Assembly (NCBI GenBank): GCA_963748825.1
Contig: CAVVKN010000023.1
Coordinates: forward strand, 192,001-256,000
Direction of reading: 5' to 3'
DNA: 64,000 nt
Source of the DNA: Methanotrichaceae archaeon
Lineage (GTDB): Archaea > Halobacteriota > Methanosarcinia > Methanotrichales > Methanotrichaceae
The notes beneath the pieces were generated by a model. That model ran no database searches and had not been told where the DNA came from. It saw only the letters and a program-made list of their open reading frames with translations. Each line of letters begins with the position of its first letter. Positions within the stretch are counted from its first letter, which is position 1. Positions 8,181 through 20,529 of the stretch are shown in pieces. Both the position numbers and the translations under genes were made by a program.

Positions 8181-11060
8181 TCAGGTCATTTTCCCTGACC
8201 GCAATTTTTCGAGATCCCTTTGCAGATCAGCGCTCATCTTGGCCCCGTCGAGTTTGGATACGGCGAAAAAATCAAGCGCTATGGAATCGTACTTGATTCC
8301 CTGCAGATTTGCACCCGTAAAATCAGCGTTTTCGAAGGCCGACGTGTCAAAGACGGCACCACTCAGATCCGCACCGGAAAAGTTGGTGTCATTCATATAG
8401 GTCTGGGCAAAACGGACCTTCCGCAGGTCAGCACCGCTGAAATCTGCATCCAATAAGTTCAGCAATAATTATGCTGGACGATCTCAATTTCGCCTTTTTC
8501 CAAACAGTTCCCTTAAGGGTCATGCTATAGAGGTAAGATCCAGTGAGGTCCGCGCCCGATAGATCGGCATCATTGAGAAATACGTTCGCGAGTCGTGACC
8601 CTGCTCATTTGGGCATTTCTCAGATTTGCGCCGGTAAGGTCGACGTAATCCAAGTTGACGTCCTTCAGAGTGCAACCAGATAGATTAGTTCTCACTAAAT
8701 ATGCCCTGGTGAAGTCCGAACCTGTCAGATCGGAATTACTCAGGTTGGCTCCAAAGAGTTCAGATCTGGTGAACTGGCAATTTGTGAGACTGCTGCCGCT
8801 CAGATCCACCCAGCTCATTTTGGCACCGATCATGTTGGTCCGGGTCATATATGCACCATCCATGGCAGCAAGACTAAGATCCGCACCCAGGAGCCTGGCT
8901 CCATTCAAATTGGCGCCAATCAGATTGCACCCGCTAAGCAATGCACCGGTAAGATCGGCGTTTTCAAGATTAGAGTTAGATAGATCGGAATCTTCCAGAT
9001 GCGCTCCGGGCAAACTGGCGCCGGATAGATCGGCTCCAATAAGTCTGGTTTTGTGCATATCGGCAATTTCGAGATTTGCACCGGAGAGATTCGCTTTGGA
9101 GAGATCGGAGCCTTCCAAACCCGAAGAAGCAAGATACGATCCTGAGAGGTTCGCCATGCTGAGGTTTGTATCAGTCAGGTTGGCAAATCCAATGCGAGAA
9201 TTGACTAACCGAGAGCCTACGAACTTTGCGCCATGACAGCGGCTCTCCGAGATATCCGCACCAGTAAGATCTGCATCCGACAGATCCGCATCAATCAGGT
9301 TAGCCCCAACCAGGTCTGCCCCAGACAGATTGGCACCATTCAGGGTCGCATCCATCAGCATGACCCGCCTCATGTAGGCATTGATGAGATTTGCACCCGT
9401 CAGATTGGAGGCGCTGAGGTTGGTGGCCATAAGATCGACCGCGCTTAGGTTTGCACCTACGAATCTTGCACCAGACGCCCTGGCCTCTTCCAAGTTGGCT
9501 TTAAAAAGATTAGCACCTGTCATGTCCGAAGCGATCAAGCCGGTTCCGACGAGATCTGCCTCTGACAGATTGGCTCCCATTAGTCGCGAATTGCGTAAGT
9601 TAGCCCGCCTTAAATAAGCTCTGAATAAGGAGGCTCCAGTTAGATCTGCATTAGAAGATTTACAGCAGACAAGTTTGACTTATCCAGATTTGCTCCGGCT
9701 AGAATCGCATTTGGCAAACGAGCCTGACCCAGGTCCGCTCCCGAAGATTCGCACCAGTCAGATTTGAGCCGGTCATGTCTGCACCAACAAGATAAGCATC
9801 ACTGAGATCGGCAAAGGATAGGTCGGAATCATCCAGGTCGATCTCATCCATTACTGCACCCTCCAAGTTAGCATTAACCAGCTTGCTGTCGGTTAATTGA
9901 GCTTCTTCCAATAACGACCGCTGAGATTTGTCCGCTCAAGGTTTGAGTCTTTTAGCAGCGATCGCAATCAGATTGACTCCGGAAAGATCAAGGCCGCTCA
10001 GGTTTTTACCTCTCAGATTGGACGAGGGTGGAATGGCTGATTAACGATGACGCTCTCCGGCGGAATATCTGAGAGACTGATATTGAAGCGTCGCAGTTCA
10101 ATCATATCGAACATATAAGATTCTGAGGATCGTTTTTACTACCGGTATTTCGTCCGCAGATTCACCTCGCAGAATACGAAGAGCTAGATCCGCGGTCAGG
10201 CTGCCTTGGACTGGACTGGTGGTAATCACTCCGCCAAGCACACCAAAGCCCATGTAGACGTCCCGCGTACCATAAATCGGAACAGAGCTCGCGCTTCGAA
10301 GAAGCCATGCGCTCTCCTCGTGAGTCAGAACTCTTCCAACACTGTCGCGATTGTAATTTAAGAGGAGAAGCAAACTGCCCTCCGACAGAGCAGACGCATT
10401 CCGTTGCAGCTCCTCTACAGTCATATTATCCCAGATAACGAAGCTGATATTTTTGCGGAAAATTCGGAAGAGTCTGGTTCACTACCTCTCGGTTGGCCTT
10501 ACCGGTGGCGGTCCGGTCGTTTACTATAACGATTTGCTTGTTTTCGGATGTAGGCTTTGCATCAGAGAAAGGGTACCTGGGAGATCAAACGCCTCCACTA
10601 CGCCCGTGAAGCCCTTCTTACCGGCCAGCATCTTGTCTTCGAAGAAGTTTACTCCGCAGAAGACCACCGGGCTGCCGGAAAACAATTCATCTCTGTTGCT
10701 TCGCATGAACTGGAAGGCATCGTCATCCGAACAGATTATCACGTCGAAATGGCGATTCTTGTACTTATTTTGATATAATTCCAACAATTCAGCCAGGCGG
10801 GTCTTTGTGGGTGCCTGCTTCTTGGTATCCATATACTCAAAAGAGAAATCTGCAGTGGGATAGTATATGGATAATTGATTTTCTATCTCGCTACCAATGG
10901 AATCGGTCCATCTCAAGCCGGGATTGTAGGAGGCAAGAATTAGAATTTGCTTCGAAGTCTTTTCTTCAGTTGCTAAGGAACCAGTAACCAAAAATGCTAT
11001 CAGAAGAAATCCGATAATGAATTTTACCAAGGCTTGCATAGTATTGAATCTCCGTATCAA
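8181..11060 (-). pseudogene. Frameshifted fusion of an exported ABC-type substrate-binding/sensor domain and a long pentapeptide-repeat region
   Basis: Fragments 10524-11060 and 10098-10424 (ILILASYNPG..WT, EYMDTK, SDDDAF, PVVFCGVN) run on via frameshifts (SYMFDMIELRRFNI..IVNQPFHP|NLRGKNLSG) into repeat fragments 9699-9911, 8570-9580 and 8181-8465. Confidence 0.7.
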
Positions 11061-11113
11061 CTAGTTATTACTTGCAATACTTATTACTTGTCTTCATTTT
11101 TAAACGGGTTTAT

Positions 11114-11443
11114 TTATAGAGACGCTACGGTTACATTAGCCAGTCCGGATAATTGACCATTGGGCACCAACTTGTAGACGCTACCATCGATATTGACTTC
11201 GACGTGGTCTTTTTTAGGGACGGCATCAAAATCGTGTGTGGCCAAAAAGAACGCAAGATCCTTCACGCCCATTCGTGGATCCTCATTTTGAGAGATCAAC
11301 TTCATGAGGGCCGAATTATCAGCCGCTGCAAAGGACAAAGCTGTAAAGGACTGTGATGTGAGAAGGATGAGGATTATAGCCAGAATGTGCAAATTCGCGA
11401 TATTATAAAAACCTGTTTTTCTTGTCATCGTTTCTCCAGGCAA
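11114..11443 (-). CDS. Hypothetical exported protein
   Basis: Signal-like N-terminus; NEDPRMGVKDLAFFLATH..DA motif. Confidence 0.65.
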   Translation of the reverse strand: MPGETMTRKTGFYNIANLHILAIILILLTSQSFTALSFAAADNSALMKLISQNEDPRMGVKDLAFFLATHDFDAVPKKDHVEVNIDGSVYKLVPNGQLSGLANVTVASL

Positions 11444-11534
11444 CTATCCAACAATATTGTTTTTCATGTACATATTTAGCTGTAATGCTCCTGGCACAAT
11501 TAGCTATTTAAGCCAAAATTTCCATTTATAAACA

Positions 11535-14239
11535 ATGATCTTCCAGATCCTGGACGCCAACTACACCTATGACTCTGATAGAAATCCACTAGTCCAGCTC
11601 TTCGGCACGACCCCGCAGGGTTGGAGCGTTACCTGTCGTGTGGCAGGCTTTCGTCCCTACTTTTATGCGAGCGTGGAAGAAAACCTATCAAGAAGCGCCC
11701 TGGAGGATCTCCGGGCACTGGGACTGGATGTAGAAGAGGTGGAGCGCTTTCTGCCCATCGGCTTTCAGACCACCCCCCAGAAGATGCTCAAGATCACCAC
11801 CCACGACCCCAAAGAGGTGAGAAGCCTCAGAGAAAGGGCAAAAGAGGTGGCCGGCATCAAGGCCGTCTACGAGACGGACATTCTCTTCAAGAACAGATTT
11901 CTCATAGACCGCTCTTTAGGCGGCATGGGATGGGTGGAGGCCCCCATTCCGGAATGGACCACAGGCGGCGGCGCAACGGGAGGCGCCTCTTTCGCCTCGG
12001 CCCTACCACCGATACACGTTGAGGCACTGCATCCGGTGCAGCATGAGACCAATGCTCCGCTGCGCTTTATGAGCTTTGATATCGAGTGCCTGCCCGATCA
12101 GGGAGAGATGCCCAAGGCGGAAAAGTCGCCAGTCATTTTGATCAGCATGGCCTTTGAGCCGGAGTATCAGGGCCAAAAGGATCTGGTGCTGGTGGGAAAG
12201 AATATTGACTGCCCTCGCTCTGACACAAGAGCCTGCCAGGATGAGTACGATCTCTTAGCCCAGTTTGCATCAATCATTCGGGATTACAATCCGGATATCA
12301 TGGCCGGCTACAACTCCAATGAGTTCGATTTTCCCTACCTGCAGGAGAGGGCCAGGCAAAACCGCGTGGAGGCGCGGGTGGGCCGGGACGGCAGCTCCTG
12401 GTATATTAGGAAGATCGTAAGCAGAACCGATGTATCCATTACCGGCCGGGTGGTGGTGGACCTGCTGCCCATCATTCGCTCCTCCTACAGCCTCAAGCAG
12501 TACACCCTCAGAAACGCGGCCGCCGAACTTCTCAAAATGGAGAAGTACGATGTGGACCCCAAAGAGATTGAGGCCCTCTGGGCGGAGAGTGGCGAAGGTC
12601 TGCGCCGCTTCATCAGCTACTCCCGAAGAGATGCCGTACTGGCTATGCACATGCTCCTCGACCTGCGGCTCATGGACAAGTACATCGCACTCTCCCGGGC
12701 CAGTGGCTCATTGCTGCAGGACATCGTGAACGGCGGACAGTCGGGGATGGTTGAGAACCTGCTCATGCGCCGCTTCCGGGAAAGGGGACGGGTGGTGCCG
12801 CCCAAGCCAGATTCAGATGTCTCGGATGAGCGCCATGTGGAGAACGAGGGGCTGAAAGGGGGAGCCGTCCTGGTGCCGGAGAAAGGGCTGGTGGAGGATG
12901 TGGTCATCCTGGACTACAAGTCCCTTTATCCCACCATTATGATGGCCCATAACCTCTGCTACACGACCGTATTGACACAGGGTTCAACGGCTGTAGACAG
13001 TGGGCAAAGATGGGCGGGGGCGAAGGCATCATAACTGCCCCCTCGGGCGGCAGGTTCGTCTCTCCCCAGGTCTCGCCTGGCATCATGCCTGCCGTCTTGC
13101 GGGAGCTGCTCGATGAGAGGACGGCGACCAAAAATCTGATGAAAAAGGCCAGCGAGAACGAGCGTCGCTTTTTGGATGCCAAGCAAAACGCCATGAAGAT
13201 TCTGCTCAACAGCTTTTACGGCTACTCGGGATACGCCCGGGCCCGGCTCTACAGCCTGGCACTGGCCAATGCCGTCACCTCATTTGGCAGGGAGAACATT
13301 CTGCGCACCAAGAAGATCATTGATGAGATCGGCTCAGCCTACGTGATAGACGGAGAGGTGGTCTTCAAGGATGCCCTGCCTTTCGGAAAGGCGGCAGAGA
13401 AATGCTTTGACCTTTCCGTGGTCTATGGGGACACGGACAGCGTCTTTGTGCGTCTGCGGCCCGCCGGGCCTGGGGCTGGAGCGATCTCGCTCGAAGATGC
13501 TGAGCGGATCGGCAGAAAGATTGCAGAAACTGTCACCTCCTCCCTTCCCGAGCCCATGGAACTGGTCTTCGAGGCCTTCGCCCGGCGCGGCATCTTTTTG
13601 GCCAAGAAACGCTACGCACTCTGGGTCTTCGAACCGAGGGGCGACGGCTGGAAGGATAGAATCAAGGTGAGAGGCATGGAGACGGTGCGGCGGGACTGGT
13701 GCGGTCTGACCTCGAAGACGCTCAAGACCTGCCTGGAGCTGGTGCTAAAAGAGGGCAAGGTGGAGGAAGCGGTAGAGCACGTCCGCTCCGTAGTGCTCCG
13801 GCTGCAGAATCTGGATCTCTCTTTGGATCCGTCCCTCCTGGAGGATCTCACTCTGACGCGCCGCTACACCAAGAGTTCCGGCTCCTACAAGAACAAGCAG
13901 CCGCATATTCAACTGGTGGAGAAGATCAGAGAGCGGGGCGGCAGCGTGCCGGGCGTGGGCGACAGGGTGCCCTTTGTCATCGTCCAGGGAAAGAGGGGCA
14001 AAAAGAACAAAGAGCTGTTCGTAAACCGGGCGGAGGATCCCGCCTTTGTTTTGGAGAAGAACATGCCTCTGGACACAGAGTACTACGTAGAGAAGCAGAT
14101 CTTGCCGCCCGTGCTGCGCATCTTCGAGAGCTTTGGGGTCACCAAGGAGCGGCTGTGCCCGGGAAAGGGGCAGAGCAATCTCTTCAGCTTTTGCGAGGCG
14201 CCCAAAGAGCAGAAGCAGAAGTCGCTGTTTGACTTCTAG
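11535..14239 (+). CDS. polB: Family B DNA polymerase (one apparent frameshift near 13010-13030)
   Basis: ExoI FDIE, ExoII YNSNEFDFPYL, region II DYKSLYPTIM, region III KILLNSFYGY, YGDTDS, C-terminal PIP box QKSLFDF. Confidence 0.92.
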
Positions 14240-14258
14240 GAGATTGGCGGTGTCTCTT

Positions 14259-14930
14259 TTAATTTGATGAATTGGGGGCAAGTTCGACTTTGAATATCCT
14301 TTCGCAGGTATGCGGAACCACAATATTTTTAAGTGCATAATTGATCAACCCCAGCCGACGACTGATGGCCAGAGAGTATCTCTGTAGCCTCGAATATTCT
14401 TTGGGATACTCAAAAGTTGCATATATCCGAACATAAGAAACTGAATCGGGAACAGACGTCCCGAAAGTATATACTTGATCGACACCTGGTTTAACAAAAG
14501 TGCGATGACGCAGAACACAGAAGCTATGGTCACATGCTTCTTTGTCGGCATTACAATTTTTGGCATCTAGGACACCGGTGGCACACAGATCTTCCTTCAA
14601 ACAATGGGGAAAATTGAGTCTGCCGAGCAAATGCATTTTATTGGGATCTTTTAAGCTTATAAATCCTGGTTCATCTCTCTTTTCAATATACCTCAATTCA
14701 AGGCATAAGTTATTTACCACAAGGACCGAACTGCCCAAATTTTTCACATGTAAGAGAATTTCTAAGATGAACCGTTCTTTCTGTGAACCAAGAACATTAC
14801 AATCAATGCTGAATTGAGCCGGCGGGAAGATTCCTCTCTCTATTACAAACTTTGTGTATGCTAAAAATGCTGACGCTAGAAGGCCAAGAAACAAAAGAAA
14901 ATCCGTGAGATGTCTGAAATCCGGCCACAT
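14259..14930 (-). CDS. Hypothetical membrane-anchored protein, AT-rich
   Basis: 223-aa ORF with an N-terminal TM segment; no motif recognised. Confidence 0.6.
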   Translation of the reverse strand: MWPDFRHLTDFLLFLGLLASAFLAYTKFVIERGIFPPAQFSIDCNVLGSQKERFILEILLHVKNLGSSVLVVNNLCLELRYIEKRDEPGFISLKDPNKMHLLGRLNFPHCLKEDLCATGVLDAKNCNADKEACDHSFCVLRHRTFVKPGVDQVYTFGTSVPDSVSYVRIYATFEYPKEYSRLQRYSLAISRRLGLINYALKNIVVPHTCERIFKVELAPNSSN

Positions 14931-15090
14931 TTTAATCTAGGATCATTATTAATTAAGTTCAACTCTTTTATTAGCGAGAACTAATATTTAAATTTTGCTA
15001 TTTGTTATCCTTCGCTGAGGAAAGGTAAGGAAGAGGACGCATAAGTTACTGCTGTTTTTTTGGCAGGACCGCATCCTCCCCAATTCTATC

Positions 15091-18000
15091 TTACCTTATA
15101 TCCGCGTGATACTCCTGAAGCGATTTTACCCCCGATCTGCCCTTTGCAAAGGCAGCAATCCCTTTAGCGGCAGCACAAGCAGCCGCGATAGTGGTAATAT
15201 ACGGCACCTTGTACTTGATGGCCGCCTTGCGGATATAGGAGTCGTCGTACTGGCTGGCTTTGCCGATGGGCGTGTTGATGACGAGCTGAATCTGCCCGTT
15301 CTTGATGGCATCGTCAATATTGGGCCGGCCTTCCTGAAGCTTCTGGATCAGATCCGTCTTTACCCCATTGGCAGCCAGGAACTCATGCGTCCCTTTTGTG
15401 GCCATGATCAAAAAGCCCAGTTGAGACAGCTCTCGGGCTACGATTCAGTGCTCCCGGCCGATCTTTCTCGGCAACGGTTATCAGTACGGTCCCCTTCTCG
15501 GGAAGGGTCTGTTTGGCTGCTTCCTCTGCCTTGTAAAATGCCATTCCGAAGGAATCGGCCAGGCCCAAAACCTCGCCGGTTGACCGCATCTCCGGACCTA
15601 ATATCGGATCAACCTCAGGGAACATATTAAAGGGAAACACGGACTCCTTAACCCCAAAGTGCGGGATCTTCTTCTCTGAGAGGCCCATATCCTGCAGCTT
15701 TTTGCCCATCATCAGCTCTGTGGCCATGCTGGCCATGGAGATGTTGCATACCTTCGAGACCAGGGGGACTGTACGCGATGCCCTGGGATTGGCCTCCAGC
15801 ACATAAACCGTATCATCAGCAAGAGCATACTGCATATTCATGAGGCCCACAACATGCAGCCCTTTGGCAATCCTCTGCGTATACTCTTTGATGGTTTTCA
15901 TGTGCCCGGCCGGAATGCTTACCGGCGGAATCACGCAGGCAGAATCCCCGGAATGAATGCCCGCCAGTTCGATATGCTCCATAACGGCCGGAACAAATGC
16001 CTCCCCGCCATCAGAAAGGGCATCGGCTTCCATCTCCAGGGCATTGTCAAGGAACCGGTCGATGAGGATGGGCCGCTTTGGTGTGACATCCACCGCCGCC
16101 AGAACATACCGCTCCAGCATCTCAACATCGTGGATCACCTCCATGCCCCGTACCGCCCAGAACATAAGAAGGCCGCACCATGAGCGGGTAGCCTATCCGT
16201 CTCGCAACCTCCCTGGCCTCCTCCAGGCTGCTGGCCATGCCCGATTCCGGCATGGGTATCTTCATCTGCTCCATCATCTTGCGGAACCGATCGCGATCCT
16301 CGGCCAGGTCGATGGCGTCCACCGATGTCCCCAGAATCTTTACACCGGCGTCGGCAAGCTCCCGGGCAATATTGAGCGGCGTCTGGCCGCCGAACTGAAC
16401 TATCACCCCATCCGGCTGCTCCTGCTTCGTAGATGCTGAGGACATCTTCCACCGTCAGAGGCTCAAAATAGAGCTTGTCGGAGGTATCATAGTCGGTTGA
16501 GACCGTTTCCGGGTTGCAGTTGACCATGATAGTCTCGTATCCCAGATCACGGAGGGCAAAGGCGGCATGAACACAGCAGTAGTCGAATTCAATCCCCTGA
16601 CCGATGCGGTTGGGCCCGCCGCCCAGCACCATGACCTTATGCCTGCCACTGCCTTCCCTTTTATCTTGCTTGGGAATTGATCCATTATAAGTTGAATAAT
16701 AATAGGCCTGATTGAGAGCCCCGCTGACTGGAACCGGCTCCCATACCTCAACAATGCCCAGGCTTTGGCGGGCAAGCCTGATCTCTGCCTCCGGAATAGA
16801 GAGCAGTTTTGCCAGGTACTTATCGGCAAAGCCGTCTCTCTTGGCCAAAAGGAGAAGGTCGTCCGGAAGAGTGCGCCCTTTATGCTTGAGGATCTTTTCC
16901 TCCAGATCCACCAGCTCTTTCATTTGCTCGATAAACCAGGACTTGATATAGGTTAATTCGTGCAGCGTCTCGACGCTGGCGCCTTTTCTCAGGGCCTCAT
17001 ACATGATGAATTGGCGCTCAGATGTTGCGTCCTTGAGCAGATCCATGAGCTCGGAGAGTGACCTTTGATTGAAGTCCCGGGCATAGCCCAGCCCATACCG
17101 TCCATTTTCCAGGGACCGGATGGCCTTTTGAAGTGCCTCTTTGTAGGTTTTGCCGATGCTCATGACCTCGCCCACAGCCTTCATCTGCGTGCCCAGCTTG
17201 TCCTGCACACCTCTGAATTTCTCAAATGCAAAGCGCGGAAATTTCACTACAACGTAATCCCCAGAGGGCGAGTATTTTTCCAGCGTTCCATCACGCCAAT
17301 AGGGTATTTCGTCAAGCGTAACGCCGCAGGCAAGCCTTGCAGAGATGAGGGCGATGGGAAAACCGGTCGCCTTGGAAGCGAGAGCCGAAGAGCGAGATGT
17401 GCGGGGGTTGATTTCAATGACAACGATTCTTCCCGTCTTCGGATCGTGGGCAAACTGGATATTGGTTCCACCAATGACCCGGATTGCTTCCACAATCTTG
17501 TAGGAATAGTCCTGCAGCTTTTTCTGCAGAGCCGGCGAAATAGTCAGCATGGGCGCGGTACAGTAAGAGTCGCCGGTATGAATCCCCATGGCGTCTACGT
17601 TCTCAATAAAGCAAACTGTGATCATCTGATTCTTAGCGTCGCGAACAACTTCCAGCTCCAGCTCCTCCCAGCCGAGCACCGACTCTTCAATTAAAATCTG
17701 GCCGATGAGGCTGGCTGCAATTCCCCTGCTTGCGACGACACGAAGCTCTTCCACATTATAAACCAGCCCTCCACCGGTACCGCCCATGGTATAGGCAGGA
17801 CGCACCACAACCGGATAGCCCAGTTCTGTGGCCGCAGCCACGGCATCCTCGACGCTGTAAACGGCTGTGCTTTTAGGCACCTCGATGCCCAGGCTGTTCA
17901 TAGTCTCTTTGAAGGCAATGCGGTCCTCTCCCCGCTCGATGGCATCAATTTCCACGCCGATTACCAACACATTGAATTTGTCCAGGATTCCCGCCCTGGC

Positions 18001-18306
18001 AAGCTCACAGCTTAAATTAAGGGCGGATTGGCCACCAAGATTTGGCAAAATAGCATCCGGCCTCTCCTTTTCAATGATCTGCGTCATTCTTTCTAAATTC
18101 AGCGGCTCGATGTAGGTGATATCGGCCATGGCCGGGTCAGTCATGATGGTGGCGGGATTAGAGTTGACCAGAACAATTTTGTATCCCAGCCCGCGCAGCG
18201 CCTTGCAGGCTTGAGTTCCGGAATAGTCGAATTCGCAGGCCTGCCCGATAACGATAGGGCCGGAACCGATGATCATCACTTTGCTGAAATCGTCTCGCTT
18301 CGGCAT
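15091..18306 (-). CDS. carB: Carbamoyl-phosphate synthase large subunit (about 3 apparent frameshifts near 16430, 16155 and 15430)
   Basis: [48 protein letters not shown] and a C-terminal MGS domain, spread over four ORF pieces. Confidence 0.93.
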
Positions 18307-18693
18307 GTTTGCATTCTCCCATTTTATATTCTTAAATCTGCCGTTTGCACCGTTAAAAAACCTCTTTAGACTGATTGCAGCAGATACATAACGAATCTCA
18401 GAAACAGAGATCAGATTCTTAGCGAAGCGTAAATGATCTTCGTTAACTAACGAGTTTAATTATATCTAATACAATTATCGGATAATTGCATATACACGGC
18501 TGCTAACGCGGAATCTATTTCCAACCATCTGGCGAGAAAATGATGAAAAATGTGGAACCGTGATTAAGCGAAAGGTTCAAGTAGTTCGACATTCAACGAA
18601 ATCACGGATCCCTAGGTTTAGAAACAATTGATCAAACGTACTGAGATATTGTTAGTACTTAGGCGTTATAGGGATCTTACAGGGGGTTTGTAC

Positions 18694-20112
18694 TTGGAAA
18701 AAGAATACACAGCCTTAGCATTAGCTATGATTTTATGTGGCTTAATGACACCAGCTATGGGCATCTCGGTTGATTTTAGTGCTGGCAATGGTGCAGAATC
18801 CGTATCATCCACCACAACATATGATCTGGACAGTTCTACCATGCTCCAGGAGGAAACCCTGCTGGACGAAGGCAATATTTTTCAAAACAGAGAGGCTAAA
18901 GGCTCAGGAAGCAATCGGATTGATCAGTCAGTTAGCGGCGATAAATACAGCACAAGCAATACAATTGACAGCTCCGGATCGTTTGCCACTTCGGCATCGA
19001 TCGCGGCATCTGCGAGCAATGTCGGCCAGAGTCAGAATCTAGCCGGTAGTGGCGACCTCATGGCGTCTATGCAGGCAACTACCAGCACCAGTACTTCGGG
19101 CCAGCTGGTAGAAGTGGCTAATGGCGCATTATCCACCTCCCAGGTTCTGGCTACAGCCGATGGCGTTTATTCCGGCCAAAATTCCGCGCTGAGTGGAAAA
19201 GCAGGCAACATCGAATCAATATCATCATCTCCGGATAACGAGATCGTTGTGTCGGGAGGCTTTTCCGGCGAAGGCGACTTGCAAGCAGATCTGTCGGCCA
19301 TTGCCGCAGAAAGTGCAGTGATGGGCGGCAGCGCATCCATTCTGGGATTGCCTACACTTAACGATGACAATCTGCAGACACTATCTTCAGGAGACATGGC
19401 CATGTCCATAGGGGGCATATACGCCCAGCCCAAAGGCGACCTTGGGACTTTCGGCCTTTACACCGCCAACAGCAAGAAGAATCCGATAGGCAGTGAATCG
19501 TCTAACCAGCTTACCGCCCCGGTAAATACCCCAGGCGGAGGAGATGCTGATGCCTATCTCTTGGCAGGCTGGAGGTGGAATACAAAGGACCCTCAGCTCA
19601 AACTTGTGCTGAAGAATGACGCTTACCTAACAGGAGAGAGACTGAGCACCAGTGCAGTGCAAAACGCCGTCGCGGCCGCGGCCAATACCTGGGATGCTGC
19701 CACGAATCAAAATATCTTTGCCGATAGCAACCTGGTGACGGCAAGCACAACAGTCAGTGCTGATAAATACGATAGAAATAATGTAGTGGCCTGGAAGCCA
19801 ATGAGCGGCAGCAGCGCTTTAGCCTACAGCAGGACATGGTTTAACTACAATAAGGTCGATGGCTACAATACGGCCTTGGAATCTGATATCGTATTTAACA
19901 CAGGATATACCTGGCGCACGGACGGCCTGAATGGCGGCGTCGATGTTCAATCGGTAGCATTGCACGAGCTGGGTCACACCTTGGGTCTAGGAGACCTTTA
20001 CGGCAAAGCTCAGTTCAGCGATGACACTAGACAGGTGATGCACTATTACAATGGCGTCAAGCGCACCCTCGGAAACGGCGATTCAGCTGGTATCTGGAAG
20101 CTTTACCATTGA
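18694..20112 (+). CDS. Exported metzincin (matrixin/M10-like) metalloprotease with a Ser/Gly-rich N-terminal region
   Basis: Signal peptide; DVQSVALHELGHTLGLGD zinc motif and QVMH Met-turn; start is an inferred TTG. Confidence 0.8.
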   Translation: MEKEYTALALAMILCGLMTPAMGISVDFSAGNGAESVSSTTTYDLDSSTMLQEETLLDEGNIFQNREAKGSGSNRIDQSVSGDKYSTSNTIDSSGSFATSASIAASASNVGQSQNLAGSGDLMASMQATTSTSTSGQLVEVANGALSTSQVLATADGVYSGQNSALSGKAGNIESISSSPDNEIVVSGGFSGEGDLQADLSAIAAESAVMGGSASILGLPTLNDDNLQTLSSGDMAMSIGGIYAQPKGDLGTFGLYTANSKKNPIGSESSNQLTAPVNTPGGGDADAYLLAGWRWNTKDPQLKLVLKNDAYLTGERLSTSAVQNAVAAAANTWDAATNQNIFADSNLVTASTTVSADKYDRNNVVAWKPMSGSSALAYSRTWFNYNKVDGYNTALESDIVFNTGYTWRTDGLNGGVDVQSVALHELGHTLGLGDLYGKAQFSDDTRQVMHYYNGVKRTLGNGDSAGIWKLYH

Positions 20113-20116
20113 CTTC

Positions 20117-20146
20117 TGGCGGCTCTTGAAGCCGTCCATTTTTTAT
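20117..20146 (+). terminator. Hairpin plus T-tract terminator candidate after the metalloprotease gene
   Basis: tggcggct-cttga-agccgtcca followed by ttttttt. Confidence 0.45.
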
Positions 20147-20216
20147 AATCGTATGTCTAAAAAGTGAAGTACTAATGGTATGGAAGCCTTTTAAGAGTTG
20201 AAAAAGGGAATATAAT

Positions 20217-20525
20217 ATGGGTAGCGCAAAGTATAGGCCTGCAATCAAGATTGTACTCAAGCTGCTTGAGTGCATAACCAAGAACCAGTTAAAAGGGCGT
20301 GCTTTGAAAACCCATATAATCCAGTGTGCTAATCTGAAAACAACCTCGGCAGAAAAATACATCAATATGCTGAAAGAGGCCGGATACGTTGAAGAAAAGA
20401 GGTTGGATTGGGGGGCACGAGAGGTCATTACCTACGAGCTCACGCCCCTGGGCAAATCAAGATACGACTGGTTTAGGACCATCAATGACGAGCTCTTTGT
20501 ATCAGACGAGTACATAGACGAGTGA
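20217..20525 (+). CDS. Winged helix-turn-helix protein
   Basis: KTHIIQCANL..TSAEKYINMLKEAGYV..YELTPLG pattern. Confidence 0.75.
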   Translation: MGSAKYRPAIKIVLKLLECITKNQLKGRALKTHIIQCANLKTTSAEKYINMLKEAGYVEEKRLDWGAREVITYELTPLGKSRYDWFRTINDELFVSDEYIDE

Positions 20526-20529
20526 GAAA

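Noticed and set aside
5170-10000. CRISPR-like or DNA tandem repeats
   Set aside because: The 15-nt periodicity is explained by pentapeptide-repeat coding; there is no identical-repeat/spacer structure, and no CRISPR array was seen anywhere in the window.
12990-13040. Split PolB or programmed frameshift
   Set aside because: Similar single-base breaks occur in carB, pheS, nnr and the mutS-like gene, so assembly indel error is more parsimonious; no intein motifs were seen.
15091-18306. carB pseudogene or naturally split CarB
   Set aside because: All domains are present in order without decay, and the breaks look like sequencing indels.
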